From the NCBI GenBank assembly GCA_035627515.1, contig DASPLQ010000012.1, forward strand, positions 970,331 through 1,034,330: 64,000 nucleotides of DNA, written 5' to 3'. A model generated the notes under the pieces. That model searched no databases. It saw only the letters and a program-made list of their open reading frames with translations, and was not told the origin of the DNA. Both the position numbers and the translations under genes were made by a program. Positions 48,065 to 58,262 of the stretch are shown here, piece after piece. This stretch comes from Vitreimonas sp. GTDB lineage: Bacteria; Patescibacteriota; Microgenomatia; UBA1400; PJMF01. The stretch's first letter is position 1, and every line of letters starts with the position of its first letter.

Positions 48065-48493
48065 ATGATTAAAGCCACGTTGGGATTTATTTTCTCTTCT
48101 GACCATACTGAAGTATTGTTAATTGAGAAACAACGACCAGCATGGCAGGTCGGAAAACTAAATGGGTTAGGAGGCAAGTGCGAGGGTGAGGAAACTGCAG
48201 TGGCTTGTATCAGCCGGGAAATTCAAGAAGAGTGTAATTTAACTATCTCTTCTGACCGGTGGTCAGAAGTAGCAGAACTAAAATGGCAAGAGTGGGAGGT
48301 ATCAGTTTTTACGGTAGTGTTGAAAAAGCATGAAGATCGCGGGCTCACTTCACTGACAGATGAAGTAGTCAGCTGGTGCCCGGTCAATAACTTACCATCC
48401 ACTATATTGAGCAATCTGAGCTGGTTAATCCCGTTGGCTTTAGATAAACTACACGAACCTACCTTAAAGAAGGTGATTGTCACCTATGATTAA
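48065..48493 (+). CDS. NUDIX hydrolase (second copy)
   Basis: Nudix box GLGGKCEGEETAVACISREIQEECNL. Confidence 0.6.
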   Translation: MIKATLGFIFSSDHTEVLLIEKQRPAWQVGKLNGLGGKCEGEETAVACISREIQEECNLTISSDRWSEVAELKWQEWEVSVFTVVLKKHEDRGLTSLTDEVVSWCPVNNLPSTILSNLSWLIPLALDKLHEPTLKKVIVTYD

Positions 48494-50192
48494 CTTTTCA
48501 CGCGTGAAAAACTGGTCAATTTATATCTGGATTATTTTTTTCACGATTTTTCACGGGAGAGTATATTTTGCCACTGGAGTGCCTATTACCCACGACGGTG
48601 AGAATCACTTAGCTCGCTTTGCTAATTACAAGGTAGCTCTCAAGGAAGGGCAGTTGCCCCCGCGGTTTGCACCTAATCTCGTTAATCACTACGGTTATCC
48701 AGTCTTCAACTACAACTATCCGTTAGCAAACATTTTGTCCGTGCCTTTTTCGGTACTCAAAATTCATTACGAACTCACCTTTAAGATCATTATGCTGGTG
48801 TTTGTAGCTGCAGGATTAGCGGGGATTGCCACGTGGTTGCGATTACTGTCATATGGTCAGCAAGCCCAAGCCTTTGGTGTGGCTATTTTTGCTTTATCAC
48901 CCTATTTATTTAATGCCCTCGTTTTCCGCGGCAACGTTGGTGAAGTGATGGCGCTGGGGTTGTTGCCATGGTTGATAGTAGGCATAGAAGTGATTAGACA
49001 ACGATCTGTAAGTCGTGGAGAACTAATTGTATTAATCATGACATGGACAGCGTTTTTGCTATCGCATAATGTGACGGTAGTTTTTGGCGTACCACTAGTG
49101 CTTGGATATGGTTTGCTAAGAGTGGGAACTGCTTACAATTACTGGAAAGTCATCGGTACGTGCATCGTTACAGCAGTGGGGGCTACCCTCTGGTTTTGGT
49201 TGCCGGCATTAGCAGAAAAATCTCAGATCATTGTAGATACTGCTGCCGCCTCACTGACGTTTGCCGATCACTTTCCAACATTAAAACAACTTATCTTAGC
49301 ACCCCTGACATTTGGATACTCATATTTGGGAAGCGTTGATTCACTCTCATATGCGATGGGTAGTTTGCAGATTTTGACCGTACTTATTGCTTTGCTTTTG
49401 ATTACCAAAAACCGGTGGATTTCAAAACAGTACGCTGAACAAAATAAAGTATTTATAGTTGCACTCAGTGGGTTAGTGGTACTGTTTTTATTACAGTTGT
49501 CTTTGGCGAAACCGCTATGGACACTCATACCTGTGCTGAGGTTTATTCAGTTCCCATGGCGATTGGGACTTTTTAGTCCACTCTTACTAGCACCAGTGGC
49601 TGCTGAGATTTGGCAGCGATTACCTCGGAAAGGACATGCTTTACTGATCTTAGCTACAGCCGCACAACTTTTTTCGATGTTGATCATCAAGCCTGTCGGT
49701 TATCTTCATCAAGAAAAATTGACATACGAACAATTTACACAAAGTACTAGTACTGCTAATGAAAACTTGCCCAAGACTTTTACCTATACTGATTTTAGTG
49801 ACTGGCTACCTACTGCCGAGATTGTGGAAGGAAAGGGAAGAGTAGAAGTGATTAAATGGAGTGGGTCGGAACGAACGTATCGAGTCTTTGTGGATGAAAA
49901 AGTAACTGTCATCGAACCCACAATGTACTTCTTGGGTTGGCAAACAACAGCTCAGCGAGGTCACGATGTATGGCGGCAGCAACTACCCTATCTGATTACT
50001 CAGCAATGGGGGGGACGAATTGCCTATCAACTCGACCCAGGTGAATACTTAGTTAGGTCACAGTTTACGCAGCAAACACCAGCACGTTTGGTGGGAAATA
50101 GTGTCAGTTTGGCAACAGTGATAGGTATGATTTTGTATGCTACTTGGCCGGTGGTGAAAAAGTATGTGTTAGTGAAATATTCTAAAAGGTAG
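48477..50192 (+). CDS. Polytopic membrane protein with a C-terminal soluble domain; putative GT-C-type glycosyltransferase
   Basis: About 12 transmembrane helices. First loop carries HDGENH (ITHDGENHLARF). Topology resembles the ArnT-like genes. Confidence 0.4.
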   Translation: MSPMINFSRVKNWSIYIWIIFFTIFHGRVYFATGVPITHDGENHLARFANYKVALKEGQLPPRFAPNLVNHYGYPVFNYNYPLANILSVPFSVLKIHYELTFKIIMLVFVAAGLAGIATWLRLLSYGQQAQAFGVAIFALSPYLFNALVFRGNVGEVMALGLLPWLIVGIEVIRQRSVSRGELIVLIMTWTAFLLSHNVTVVFGVPLVLGYGLLRVGTAYNYWKVIGTCIVTAVGATLWFWLPALAEKSQIIVDTAAASLTFADHFPTLKQLILAPLTFGYSYLGSVDSLSYAMGSLQILTVLIALLLITKNRWISKQYAEQNKVFIVALSGLVVLFLLQLSLAKPLWTLIPVLRFIQFPWRLGLFSPLLLAPVAAEIWQRLPRKGHALLILATAAQLFSMLIIKPVGYLHQEKLTYEQFTQSTSTANENLPKTFTYTDFSDWLPTAEIVEGKGRVEVIKWSGSERTYRVFVDEKVTVIEPTMYFLGWQTTAQRGHDVWRQQLPYLITQQWGGRIAYQLDPGEYLVRSQFTQQTPARLVGNSVSLATVIGMILYATWPVVKKYVLVKYSKR

Positions 50193-50193
50193 T

Positions 50194-50673
50194 ATGCAGA
50201 TGAATATAATTACCTTATCATCTGACCACCTAAATCTGATTTTAGAATTTGAAAAAGCGCAAACCCAATGCGAACTTTATTATGGTTTTGATAAAAAAAG
50301 TTTGCAGGATTTATTTAATAATCCAAGTAAAGGTCAAGCCTTAGGCATTATGGAGAATGAAGTGTTAATTGCCTATGGAGCTTTTAAAATTGATTGGCAA
50401 GAACAAAGTGACAGTGAGGGAGTTTACGAAATTAGCTCGGTGGTTGTAAGCAGCAATCATCGTGGCAAAGGTTTAGGAGCCCGTATTTTAGATGAGCTTG
50501 TTAGTAGGGCTAAAGCCCAACCTGATTATCATAAACTGTATTTAACAGTTTCGCCTTTAAACATTGGTGCATTAATTTTGTACCTTAAACATGGATTTAT
50601 AATCACTGACTTTAAAACTAATGTGTATGGACCAGGAACTGACAGAGTTTACTTAACTTTAAATGAAAAATAG
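50194..50673 (+). CDS. GNAT-family N-acetyltransferase
   Basis: Motif A VVSSNHRGKGLGARILDELV. Confidence 0.65.
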   Translation: MQMNIITLSSDHLNLILEFEKAQTQCELYYGFDKKSLQDLFNNPSKGQALGIMENEVLIAYGAFKIDWQEQSDSEGVYEISSVVVSSNHRGKGLGARILDELVSRAKAQPDYHKLYLTVSPLNIGALILYLKHGFIITDFKTNVYGPGTDRVYLTLNEK

Positions 50674-51859
50674 CACGTTACTATTAACTATGTCCAAAAA
50701 AACTTTATTGCAGCTGGCGTTATTTTTTCTTATTTGGCGGGTGAGCTTATTCGTGGTGGGCAGCGTTGCGGATAACTTTCTCACCTATGCCCCTACTTTC
50801 CCTTACGCACAAGAATTATTAGCTACCTACGACATGCCTCGTTGGTTGTATTCTTGGGCTAACTTTGATGGCGTTCATTACTTAACTATTGCAGAAAAGG
50901 GGTATATAGGCACAGGTTTAATTCAAGCTTTTTTTCCAGGTTTTCCTTTGACCATGATGGGTGCAAATTTTCTTCTAGGCAACACTTTAGTAACAGGGTT
51001 ATTGTTGGCCAATTTTTCGACTCTGCTATTGATGATGGTTTGGTACGGTTTTGTGAGTGAAGTGTATGATCAACAGACAGCGAAAATTTCGTTGCTGATT
51101 TTATTTTTATTTCCGACAGCTTTTTTCTTTGGAGCAGTATATTCAGAAGCTTTATTTTTAGCCTTGATCATTGGTAGTTTTTGGGCAGCAAGGCGCCGAC
51201 AGTGGTGGCTGGCAGGTATATTAGCGGCGGTAGCTTCCGCTACCCGGGTGGTGGGAGTTGGATTGGTGCCCGCCTTACTGCTGGAGCTATACCTGCAACT
51301 CACTGAACAAAAATCGCCAAAACAAACCTGGCAAAAACTAGCCCGCCAAGCTTGGCCAGCTGTGGTGTGGATTGCGATCGGAACAGTGGGTCTTTTAGCT
51401 TATATGTGGTTTTTGTATGGTGAGTTTAGAGACGCCTTATATTTCTTGCACGTCCAGTCAGAGTTTGGCGGTGGTAGACAAGAATCGTTAGTTTTATATC
51501 CACAAGTGGTATGGAGATACATAAAGATTTTACTTACCTACCGACCCTTTAACTTAAACTACTTAGCCTATGTTCAAGAATTTGTGGCAGGGACGGTGGG
51601 ACTATTAACTTTAGTGATGAGTTATCGTCAAGTGAGGTGGTCCTATCTACTGTTTGCGTTAGGAGCATTTATTGTACCGACTTTGACCGGCACATTTTCG
51701 AGTATGCCGCGGTATATTTTGGTTTGTTTTCCGCTGTTTATATGGCTGACTTTGCAGCTGCAAAATAAGCGTTGGTTATTAAGCTTATATCTGGTAGGAT
51801 CAATAGTGTTGTTATTTGTGAATCTGATACTATTTATCCAGGGTTACTGGATAGCTTAG
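50663..51859 (+). CDS. Polytopic membrane protein; putative GT-C mannosyltransferase (PIG-V/DUF2029-like)
   Basis: WANFDGVHYLTIAEKGY loop motif. About 9 transmembrane helices. Confidence 0.35.
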   Translation: MKNSTLLLTMSKKTLLQLALFFLIWRVSLFVVGSVADNFLTYAPTFPYAQELLATYDMPRWLYSWANFDGVHYLTIAEKGYIGTGLIQAFFPGFPLTMMGANFLLGNTLVTGLLLANFSTLLLMMVWYGFVSEVYDQQTAKISLLILFLFPTAFFFGAVYSEALFLALIIGSFWAARRRQWWLAGILAAVASATRVVGVGLVPALLLELYLQLTEQKSPKQTWQKLARQAWPAVVWIAIGTVGLLAYMWFLYGEFRDALYFLHVQSEFGGGRQESLVLYPQVVWRYIKILLTYRPFNLNYLAYVQEFVAGTVGLLTLVMSYRQVRWSYLLFALGAFIVPTLTGTFSSMPRYILVCFPLFIWLTLQLQNKRWLLSLYLVGSIVLLFVNLILFIQGYWIA

Positions 51860-51868
51860 AAGGATAAT

Positions 51869-52777
51869 ATGCGCATTTTAGTAACTGGTGGAGCAGGTTT
51901 TTTAGGCACGCACTTGTGTCGTTCTTTAGCAAAGGATGGACATGAAGTAGAAGTGCTGGACGTCAAACCGAACCCTGAGTTCCACACTATCATTGCCGAC
52001 GTCCGCGATGCTGAAGCTATGAAACAACACATCCGCGATTATGTGGCTGTTTTTCATTTAGCATCATTGATTGAAGCTGGTGAGTCGGTGAAGTATCCCC
52101 AAAAATTTGTTGATCACAACATCACTGGTGCCGTCTCAGTTTTAGAGGCCATGCGAGAAAACGGGGTCAAGATTTTTTCTTTTTCATCTAGTGCGGCTAT
52201 TTATGGTGAGCCGGAGCGTACCCCTATCGATGAAGATGACCGGACAATTCCGATTAATCCTTATGGCATGACAAAATTGGCCATGGAAGGCTTAGTGTCT
52301 TCATACGTAGCTAGTTTTGGGATGACTGGTATCGCTTTACGTTACTTTAATCTCTATGGACCAGAAGAACACCATCAGCCTGAAACACACGCTATTCCCC
52401 GCTTTATTGATCAAATTATGCATGATCAAGAAGTCACAATTTGGGGTAAAGGTGAACATCAGCGTGATTTTATTTACATAGATGACGTCGTCTCAGCCCA
52501 TCGTTGTGCTTTAGATTTAGCTCACCGAGATCCTGGTAAATATCACTATTTCAATTTATCCACTGAGCAACCCACTACTGTGGCAGATGTGGTGAAGATG
52601 CTCGAAGAAATTATTGGTAAACCAGCCCGGGTGACCAACTATCCTAACCGACCTGGTGATCCCCTCGTGTTAGTAGCTAACGCCAGTAAAGCGCATGAAA
52701 TTTTAGGGTGGCGAGCAGCGGTAGATTTACGAACCGGTCTCGAGCGAACAGTGGAGTACTTCAAATCGCAAGTATAG
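51869..52777 (+). CDS. NAD-dependent sugar epimerase/dehydratase (extended SDR; UDP-hexose 4-epimerase-like)
   Basis: RBS AAGGA. Rossmann motif ILVTGGAGFLGTHL. Catalytic YGMTK. Confidence 0.8.
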   Translation: MRILVTGGAGFLGTHLCRSLAKDGHEVEVLDVKPNPEFHTIIADVRDAEAMKQHIRDYVAVFHLASLIEAGESVKYPQKFVDHNITGAVSVLEAMRENGVKIFSFSSSAAIYGEPERTPIDEDDRTIPINPYGMTKLAMEGLVSSYVASFGMTGIALRYFNLYGPEEHHQPETHAIPRFIDQIMHDQEVTIWGKGEHQRDFIYIDDVVSAHRCALDLAHRDPGKYHYFNLSTEQPTTVADVVKMLEEIIGKPARVTNYPNRPGDPLVLVANASKAHEILGWRAAVDLRTGLERTVEYFKSQV

Positions 52778-52803
52778 TAACAGTAGTTAGCTGAAGGTGA
52801 TCA

Positions 52804-54090
52804 ATGCGTCATACGGTGGCTCGTCTTTATCATTTTGGTATCAACTCTCCAGCGGTATGGCAGTCAGCAATTATGACTGTTGGTAACATGGTCACTGCAG
52901 TCATTTCAGCGGTAGCACTTATTTACTTATCTCGAGTATTAGGTCCAGCTCAATTTGGAATTTTTTCTGTGGCTTCATCACTAATGATGATTCTGTGTAA
53001 AGTGGGCGATTTGGGTTTAAATGCTGTGGTAACACGGTATGTACCGGGGTGGCAAAATCAAGATAAAAAGGTGCATGAACTCTTAGGACAGTTAGTACTG
53101 TGGAAGTTAGGCTTAGTGGCCGGTGGATTTTTGTTGGGATTGCTCGCCTTACCTATGGCAATGGAAGTGTTACAGTACCCGTATTTGGGGATGCTGCTTT
53201 GGGCGTTGGCAGGCAGTATTGTAATCGTCATTTATGAATACGTGTTAGTGGTCTTGTCGGCATATCACCAATTCACTTGGGCCAGTGTATTAAGTAGTTT
53301 CCAAGCTGCCATCAAAGTTGTAGCTTTTGTAAGCTTAGGAATGACAGGGGCCCTGACCGTGATGGCGGCAACAACTGCATATGTATTGGCACCACTAGTA
53401 AGTGCGTTAGTGATCATGATAGTTTTCCCCCAGTGGTTTTTACTCCGCCCGAAACCTGCTTCAGTAGCCTTAAAAAAAGTGATTAAAAACTTTTCTTTCC
53501 ATGCTGGCTTAGGTGTCATTGCCATGACCTTGATTGTGAATGTAGATGTGTTGTTTGTGCAGACATACTTAACACCTTTTGAAACAGGGGTGTATGCGGG
53601 GGCAGCACGGATTGCGATGTTTGTCGGTTTTGCCACTGCCGCTATTGGTGGTGTGCTCAATAATCGGGTTGCACGTTACCAAGAAAATGCTCAACTCCGG
53701 ACCTATCTAAAAAAATCAAGCTTGGTGAGTGTTTTAGCTATTATGGGTGCCATGGCATTTTTACCAGTAGCTAAATGGGTACTGACCTTGAGCATTGGTC
53801 CTGAATATATTTCTGGTTTAGTGCCGATGACCATTTTAGTTTTAAATGCCTTTTGGGCGCTGGCAGTTGTGCCGTATGTCTCTTTTTTCTATGCCGTAGA
53901 GTATCCCAGTTATTTCTCAATTGGTGGTGTGTTGCAGGTGGTAATTATAGTGATCGGGAATGTTCTCTTTTTGGAGCAATACGGTCTGGATGCAGCTGCT
54001 TGGTCTCGGGTAGTCGCTACGGTTTTCCACAGTGTCTATACCTTAATTGCCGTGTGGTGGGTGATGAAGCATCGCCTTCACCAAGCCTGA
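52804..54090 (+). CDS. Oligosaccharide/polysaccharide flippase (Wzx-like, MOP superfamily)
   Basis: RBS GAAGGTGA. About 12-14 transmembrane helices. No soluble domain. Confidence 0.55.
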   Translation: MRHTVARLYHFGINSPAVWQSAIMTVGNMVTAVISAVALIYLSRVLGPAQFGIFSVASSLMMILCKVGDLGLNAVVTRYVPGWQNQDKKVHELLGQLVLWKLGLVAGGFLLGLLALPMAMEVLQYPYLGMLLWALAGSIVIVIYEYVLVVLSAYHQFTWASVLSSFQAAIKVVAFVSLGMTGALTVMAATTAYVLAPLVSALVIMIVFPQWFLLRPKPASVALKKVIKNFSFHAGLGVIAMTLIVNVDVLFVQTYLTPFETGVYAGAARIAMFVGFATAAIGGVLNNRVARYQENAQLRTYLKKSSLVSVLAIMGAMAFLPVAKWVLTLSIGPEYISGLVPMTILVLNAFWALAVVPYVSFFYAVEYPSYFSIGGVLQVVIIVIGNVLFLEQYGLDAAAWSRVVATVFHSVYTLIAVWWVMKHRLHQA

Positions 54091-55605
54091 TACATTTCGC
54101 ACCCGCTCTTCCAAGATGGCAGGTAAATATCTCAACCAGTGTACTAGTGAGTAGTTTTTCAACATCACTAACCACCAGTTTTTGACGTCTAACCATTGTT
54201 TGTAACTTCTCCAAGCTTGAGAAGTTTGATGACCCAGATGAGTTACCTGCACCTCGGTGGCTACTACATTCTGCCAGCCAGCTTGGTGAAACCGTAATCC
54301 GAGGTCTACGTCTTCTAAATATGAGCCGAAGCGGGTATCAAATAGACCAGTTTTTTCTAAGGCCTCACGGGAGAAAACTACACAGGCCGCATTAAAACTG
54401 GCAATGAAATTTTTTGTTTCTGGCCGATGGGTAAGTGCTTTGCCCTGTGGTAAGACATATACCCCATTACTTTCAATTTCCCCATTTGGTTTAATCAAAG
54501 TTGGCGAGACACTAGCAACATTATTTTTGAAGGAGTCCAATAACATTTCTAACCAGTGTTTGGGGAGCACTACATCATCATTGACTGTACCCACATAAGT
54601 TCCCCGAGCGCGACGCAAACCAATGTTGACCGTGTCAGCAAAACCCATATTTTTACTCAGTTTGATGAAGATAACTTCTGGATAGCGGGCGATTAAACGA
54701 TCGAGACCAGCAGCACTGCTGACTACAATTACTTCATCCTGTTTACTGAAAGTGCTGAGGTTAGTTTTAAGAAAGGTCTCCAGCAATTCATAACGCATGT
54801 TGGGAATCACGATTGAAGCCCGAATAGTAGCGTCTGCAGGAAGTAGCACCGAGGTTGTATAGCGTTTTAACACTCCTGTCAGCAGTTTTTGTTGCCACCG
54901 GGGCCAATGTTTATGAGCGAAGATTCGTAAGGCATTAAAAAAGAGGTTGTGACGTTGCGAGGATGAGAGGGGATTAAATGAGGCTCCCCCTTGGTGTGTT
55001 AGATTTACATCTGGCAAAATTTCCACTTTATTAGTGGTCTCATAAATCCGTTTTGATAAATCGCTATCTTCAAACCAGATAAAAAATCGTTCATCCCAGC
55101 CCCCGAGCTGATCAAATAGCTGTTTGGTCAGTAATAAACAGCCTCCCACTAAGGTAGTGGGCGATCCACTACGGGGTAAAATTCTTTTGAGAGGTGTATA
55201 CATTTGTAAGGCTGAGTATAAACTTGGGAGGGGTTGACGATAGTTATCCCCCAGATCAGGGGTTGAGGCTTCCAGCTGTTTCACTGTGGCATGTTCCAGC
55301 CATTTTATAAGATTAACTCGAGTGATGATGACATCAGGATTAAGAAACAATAACCACTTGCCTCGAGCTTGTTGGGCGCCTAAATTAGCACCACCACCAT
55401 AGCCCCGATTAAAAGCCGGCTTCATAATCTGCAGAGATAAAGCGGAGAACTTCTTGGGTAAATTAGCCGGCAAATCACCACTATTATCAACCACGATCAC
55501 TTCCATTGTTTCTGAAGGGTCCTCAGCCAAAGTTGCTAACTGTGTATTCAGTAGCTCAGATGTCTGCCAATGCACAATGATCACTGAGACATGTGGTGTA
55601 CTCAT
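54043..55605 (-). CDS. Two-domain family 2 glycosyltransferase
   Basis: N-terminal VSVIIVHWQT...VVDNSGD plus a second SIVIPNMRY... GT-A module. DxD-like EDSD and EDVD motifs. Confidence 0.65.
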   Translation of the reverse strand: MSTPHVSVIIVHWQTSELLNTQLATLAEDPSETMEVIVVDNSGDLPANLPKKFSALSLQIMKPAFNRGYGGGANLGAQQARGKWLLFLNPDVIITRVNLIKWLEHATVKQLEASTPDLGDNYRQPLPSLYSALQMYTPLKRILPRSGSPTTLVGGCLLLTKQLFDQLGGWDERFFIWFEDSDLSKRIYETTNKVEILPDVNLTHQGGASFNPLSSSQRHNLFFNALRIFAHKHWPRWQQKLLTGVLKRYTTSVLLPADATIRASIVIPNMRYELLETFLKTNLSTFSKQDEVIVVSSAAGLDRLIARYPEVIFIKLSKNMGFADTVNIGLRRARGTYVGTVNDDVVLPKHWLEMLLDSFKNNVASVSPTLIKPNGEIESNGVYVLPQGKALTHRPETKNFIASFNAACVVFSREALEKTGLFDTRFGSYLEDVDLGLRFHQAGWQNVVATEVQVTHLGHQTSQAWRSYKQWLDVKNWWLVMLKNYSLVHWLRYLPAILEERVRNVSGLVKAMLHHPPHGN

Positions 55606-57230
55606 AAGTTATTCCAACTATAGAGGGTGCCAGGCCAGATTGAAAAAGGATTGTCATCAAGAGGATAATGATCTAGGTATACTTCTTTAGTTAGGTTTTG
55701 TTCAGCAAACTCTCTGATATCAGCAGGCAAACTGGAGTCGTCGATCCAGATAAAACCCAGTGGATACAGGCTGATGACTCGCTGGAGATCTTGCAGATTG
55801 GTAATTACTTTTACCCGAGGATCAGCCGTTAGTAATTTTTCTCCAGCTTGGTTAAGCGTAAAAACAGTTCGTCGTTCAATGCCATTCACAAGACCTTCAT
55901 CATTTTCCCAGCGCACCATGTAGAGCGGTTGATACTCATCACCCAAATACCACCGAGCTCGATCCCCCCAGGTATCAACCATGGCTACGGGTGTAGAAGG
56001 CTGAGCAGTAATTCGTTGCAACACGGGTTGATACACTTGATCATAATCAAGTAAAGCAATTTCGCGCATTTCATGATTGATTGAATAAAATGCTTTGGGT
56101 TTCAAGACAAAGGTATGGCCGTTAGCAATGATTACGAGCGTTATTGCGAGTGGTGTCAGCCAGCTAAGGCGGGTTAAAAGCGCGAACTGTTTTTTTGTTA
56201 CAGTAGCCTTGACACTAGAGAGCGTTTTGTCACTTAATTGATCGCTTAAAAATACAATTGCCGCAGCTGCATATAAATAGAGTAACGGGAAAATAGGTAA
56301 TAAATAACGTGTGACATATGGCGCAAACAAAAAGAAGAAAAAACTTAAATATGCGCCACCCATCACTGCGGGAAGTAGATGTTTTTTAGGTTCACTGACA
56401 CAGCTTAACAACCATCCAAACACCGCTAATAGGCCCATCACTCCGTGGACTCGCCATAAAAATGAGTGGTAGTACCAGACATTATTTGACAGGCCATTAG
56501 TGGCTAGGAATTGAAAGCGACCCGCGATTTGTGCCAGCGTGCCACTTTGCCATGCCACCACTAAAAGTATGGGAAGTACCAGCCATAACAACTTATGTTT
56601 TAAAACATAGGTAAAAGACTGACGATAAAAAAGTGCCAAATGAAGACCTAAAGCAGCCAGAGCTAGCAAGAAGCTGGTATGAGTAATGGCACCCAGTAGT
56701 CCTAAGCCCAGTACCCCTGCTAGTGAGATGACTTTGCCACGATTAGTCTTAGCCGATAATAACTGCCAATAACACCATATCAGCGATAACAAAATGACTT
56801 GTTGAAAAGTATAACTGCGGCTTTGTCGGGACCAGGCAATCAAAAAGTAAGAACACACAGTCAACAAGGCCCCGCTCAGTCCAACTCGAGGATCATTCCA
56901 TAACTTTTTGCCAACTGCCCAGACTAAGCCGGGCACTAAACATCCCAGTAGTACTGCTGGCATTCGAGCCATGGTGATAGAAACACCACCGAGCTTAAAA
57001 GCCAATGCCACCAAGGCATAGTAGGTGAAGTTATGTGGCTCTAAGATAGCAGGCCAGTTGGTGAGTACTCCCCATCCATGATCTAAAATAATTTTAGCTT
57101 GGGCGACACTTGAAAATTCATCTACCCACATCGGTGTGTTTAAGTTGGGAAATCGGTAAAGCGCCGCTAAAATTATTAATCCAAAAATAAGTACAATTTC
57201 CATCCAGGAATTTTTCAACCACTTTATCAT
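55602..57230 (-). CDS. GT-C membrane glycosyltransferase, ArnT/PMT-like; paralog
   Basis: DE motif TPMWVDEFSSVAQ. Polytopic with a C-terminal soluble domain. Confidence 0.55.
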   Translation of the reverse strand: MIKWLKNSWMEIVLIFGLIILAALYRFPNLNTPMWVDEFSSVAQAKIILDHGWGVLTNWPAILEPHNFTYYALVALAFKLGGVSITMARMPAVLLGCLVPGLVWAVGKKLWNDPRVGLSGALLTVCSYFLIAWSRQSRSYTFQQVILLSLIWCYWQLLSAKTNRGKVISLAGVLGLGLLGAITHTSFLLALAALGLHLALFYRQSFTYVLKHKLLWLVLPILLVVAWQSGTLAQIAGRFQFLATNGLSNNVWYYHSFLWRVHGVMGLLAVFGWLLSCVSEPKKHLLPAVMGGAYLSFFFFLFAPYVTRYLLPIFPLLYLYAAAAIVFLSDQLSDKTLSSVKATVTKKQFALLTRLSWLTPLAITLVIIANGHTFVLKPKAFYSINHEMREIALLDYDQVYQPVLQRITAQPSTPVAMVDTWGDRARWYLGDEYQPLYMVRWENDEGLVNGIERRTVFTLNQAGEKLLTADPRVKVITNLQDLQRVISLYPLGFIWIDDSSLPADIREFAEQNLTKEVYLDHYPLDDNPFSIWPGTLYSWNNL

Positions 57231-58261
57231 AATGCTGCTGCTTCCCAGTAGGTTTGGTTACTCTCTTTATAATCCACGTTTCTGACTTTAATCATACCTT
57301 TATTTTGATCTGGCCCCACTGAAAAGATAATTTTATCATCTTCCCATTTGAGGATTCTGACGGGTTTATTATCCAGCCAAACTTGCGCGTCATTATATTG
57401 AGCATCACCAAAGTTTTTACCGAGGGCGGTAACTTGTTTCCACGAACTTCCTCCATACGGGGACTCAATTTTCATAATAATGGGTGTTAAATGAAGAGGA
57501 TCAGTGGTAGCTATAAAGGCAACTTGCATGCCGATCAACAACATGCCAATCGTAGCGCCAACAATAATATGTGGCTTACGGTGTGTAATATGTGTGATTA
57601 AGGTAGCTAAAGCTAAAGTGACTAAGCTGAAGAGTAAAAAGTGTGCCTGATATTGACCAGTATAGAACCAGTAAAAATAAGCTGCTCTTTCGATAAAAAA
57701 ACGGTGGAAAAAAAAGAAGTGGTGTGAGAGTTGAGCGGTGGTCAGGAAGATATAAATACCCCACAGTAAAGGCAAAGGGTAGCGGTTATATAAGTTCAAG
57801 AAGGCTCGCTTAAGTTTTAAGAGTGGTGACTTTAATGGCCCTAATAAAGTGATGACAATTTTACTTAAGATAGGAAAGTCAGCGTGTAAGGCTTGTAAGT
57901 CGCAAATGAGCTCGGTAGGAGCATGAAATGTTTGAGAGTTATTGCTCGTACTCATCAACGCTGCTTGTTTTAATGAGAAAAGACTGAGGAAAATCAAACC
58001 CCAGCTAAACAATGTTTGAGCAAGTGATAGGTTTCCATACAATAGCACAGGCACCACCGGTACAAAACAAGCTATGGCTAAACCTAGGCTTAAGTGTTCT
58101 TCTGTTCTATGAACAATCAGCAATAGTACCCATAAGCTCAAAACTATGAAGGTGGCAATGATAGGATAACTTAAACTTCCCCAAATATTGAGTAATACCA
58201 GCAGTAATATAGTCATTAAAACAGGAAAACGGAGCAAATGGGCGGTATTAAATACTTTCAT
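57227..58261 (-). CDS. Polytopic membrane protein with a C-terminal IPT/TIG-like beta domain; possible polymerase/ligase-type component
   Basis: About 9 transmembrane helices. C-terminus VTALGKNFGDAQYNDAQVWLDNKPVRILKWEDDKIIFSV is IPT/TIG-like. Confidence 0.35.
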   Translation of the reverse strand: MKVFNTAHLLRFPVLMTILLLVLLNIWGSLSYPIIATFIVLSLWVLLLIVHRTEEHLSLGLAIACFVPVVPVLLYGNLSLAQTLFSWGLIFLSLFSLKQAALMSTSNNSQTFHAPTELICDLQALHADFPILSKIVITLLGPLKSPLLKLKRAFLNLYNRYPLPLLWGIYIFLTTAQLSHHFFFFHRFFIERAAYFYWFYTGQYQAHFLLFSLVTLALATLITHITHRKPHIIVGATIGMLLIGMQVAFIATTDPLHLTPIIMKIESPYGGSSWKQVTALGKNFGDAQYNDAQVWLDNKPVRILKWEDDKIIFSVGPDQNKGMIKVRNVDYKESNQTYWEAAAL

Positions 58262-58262
58262 A

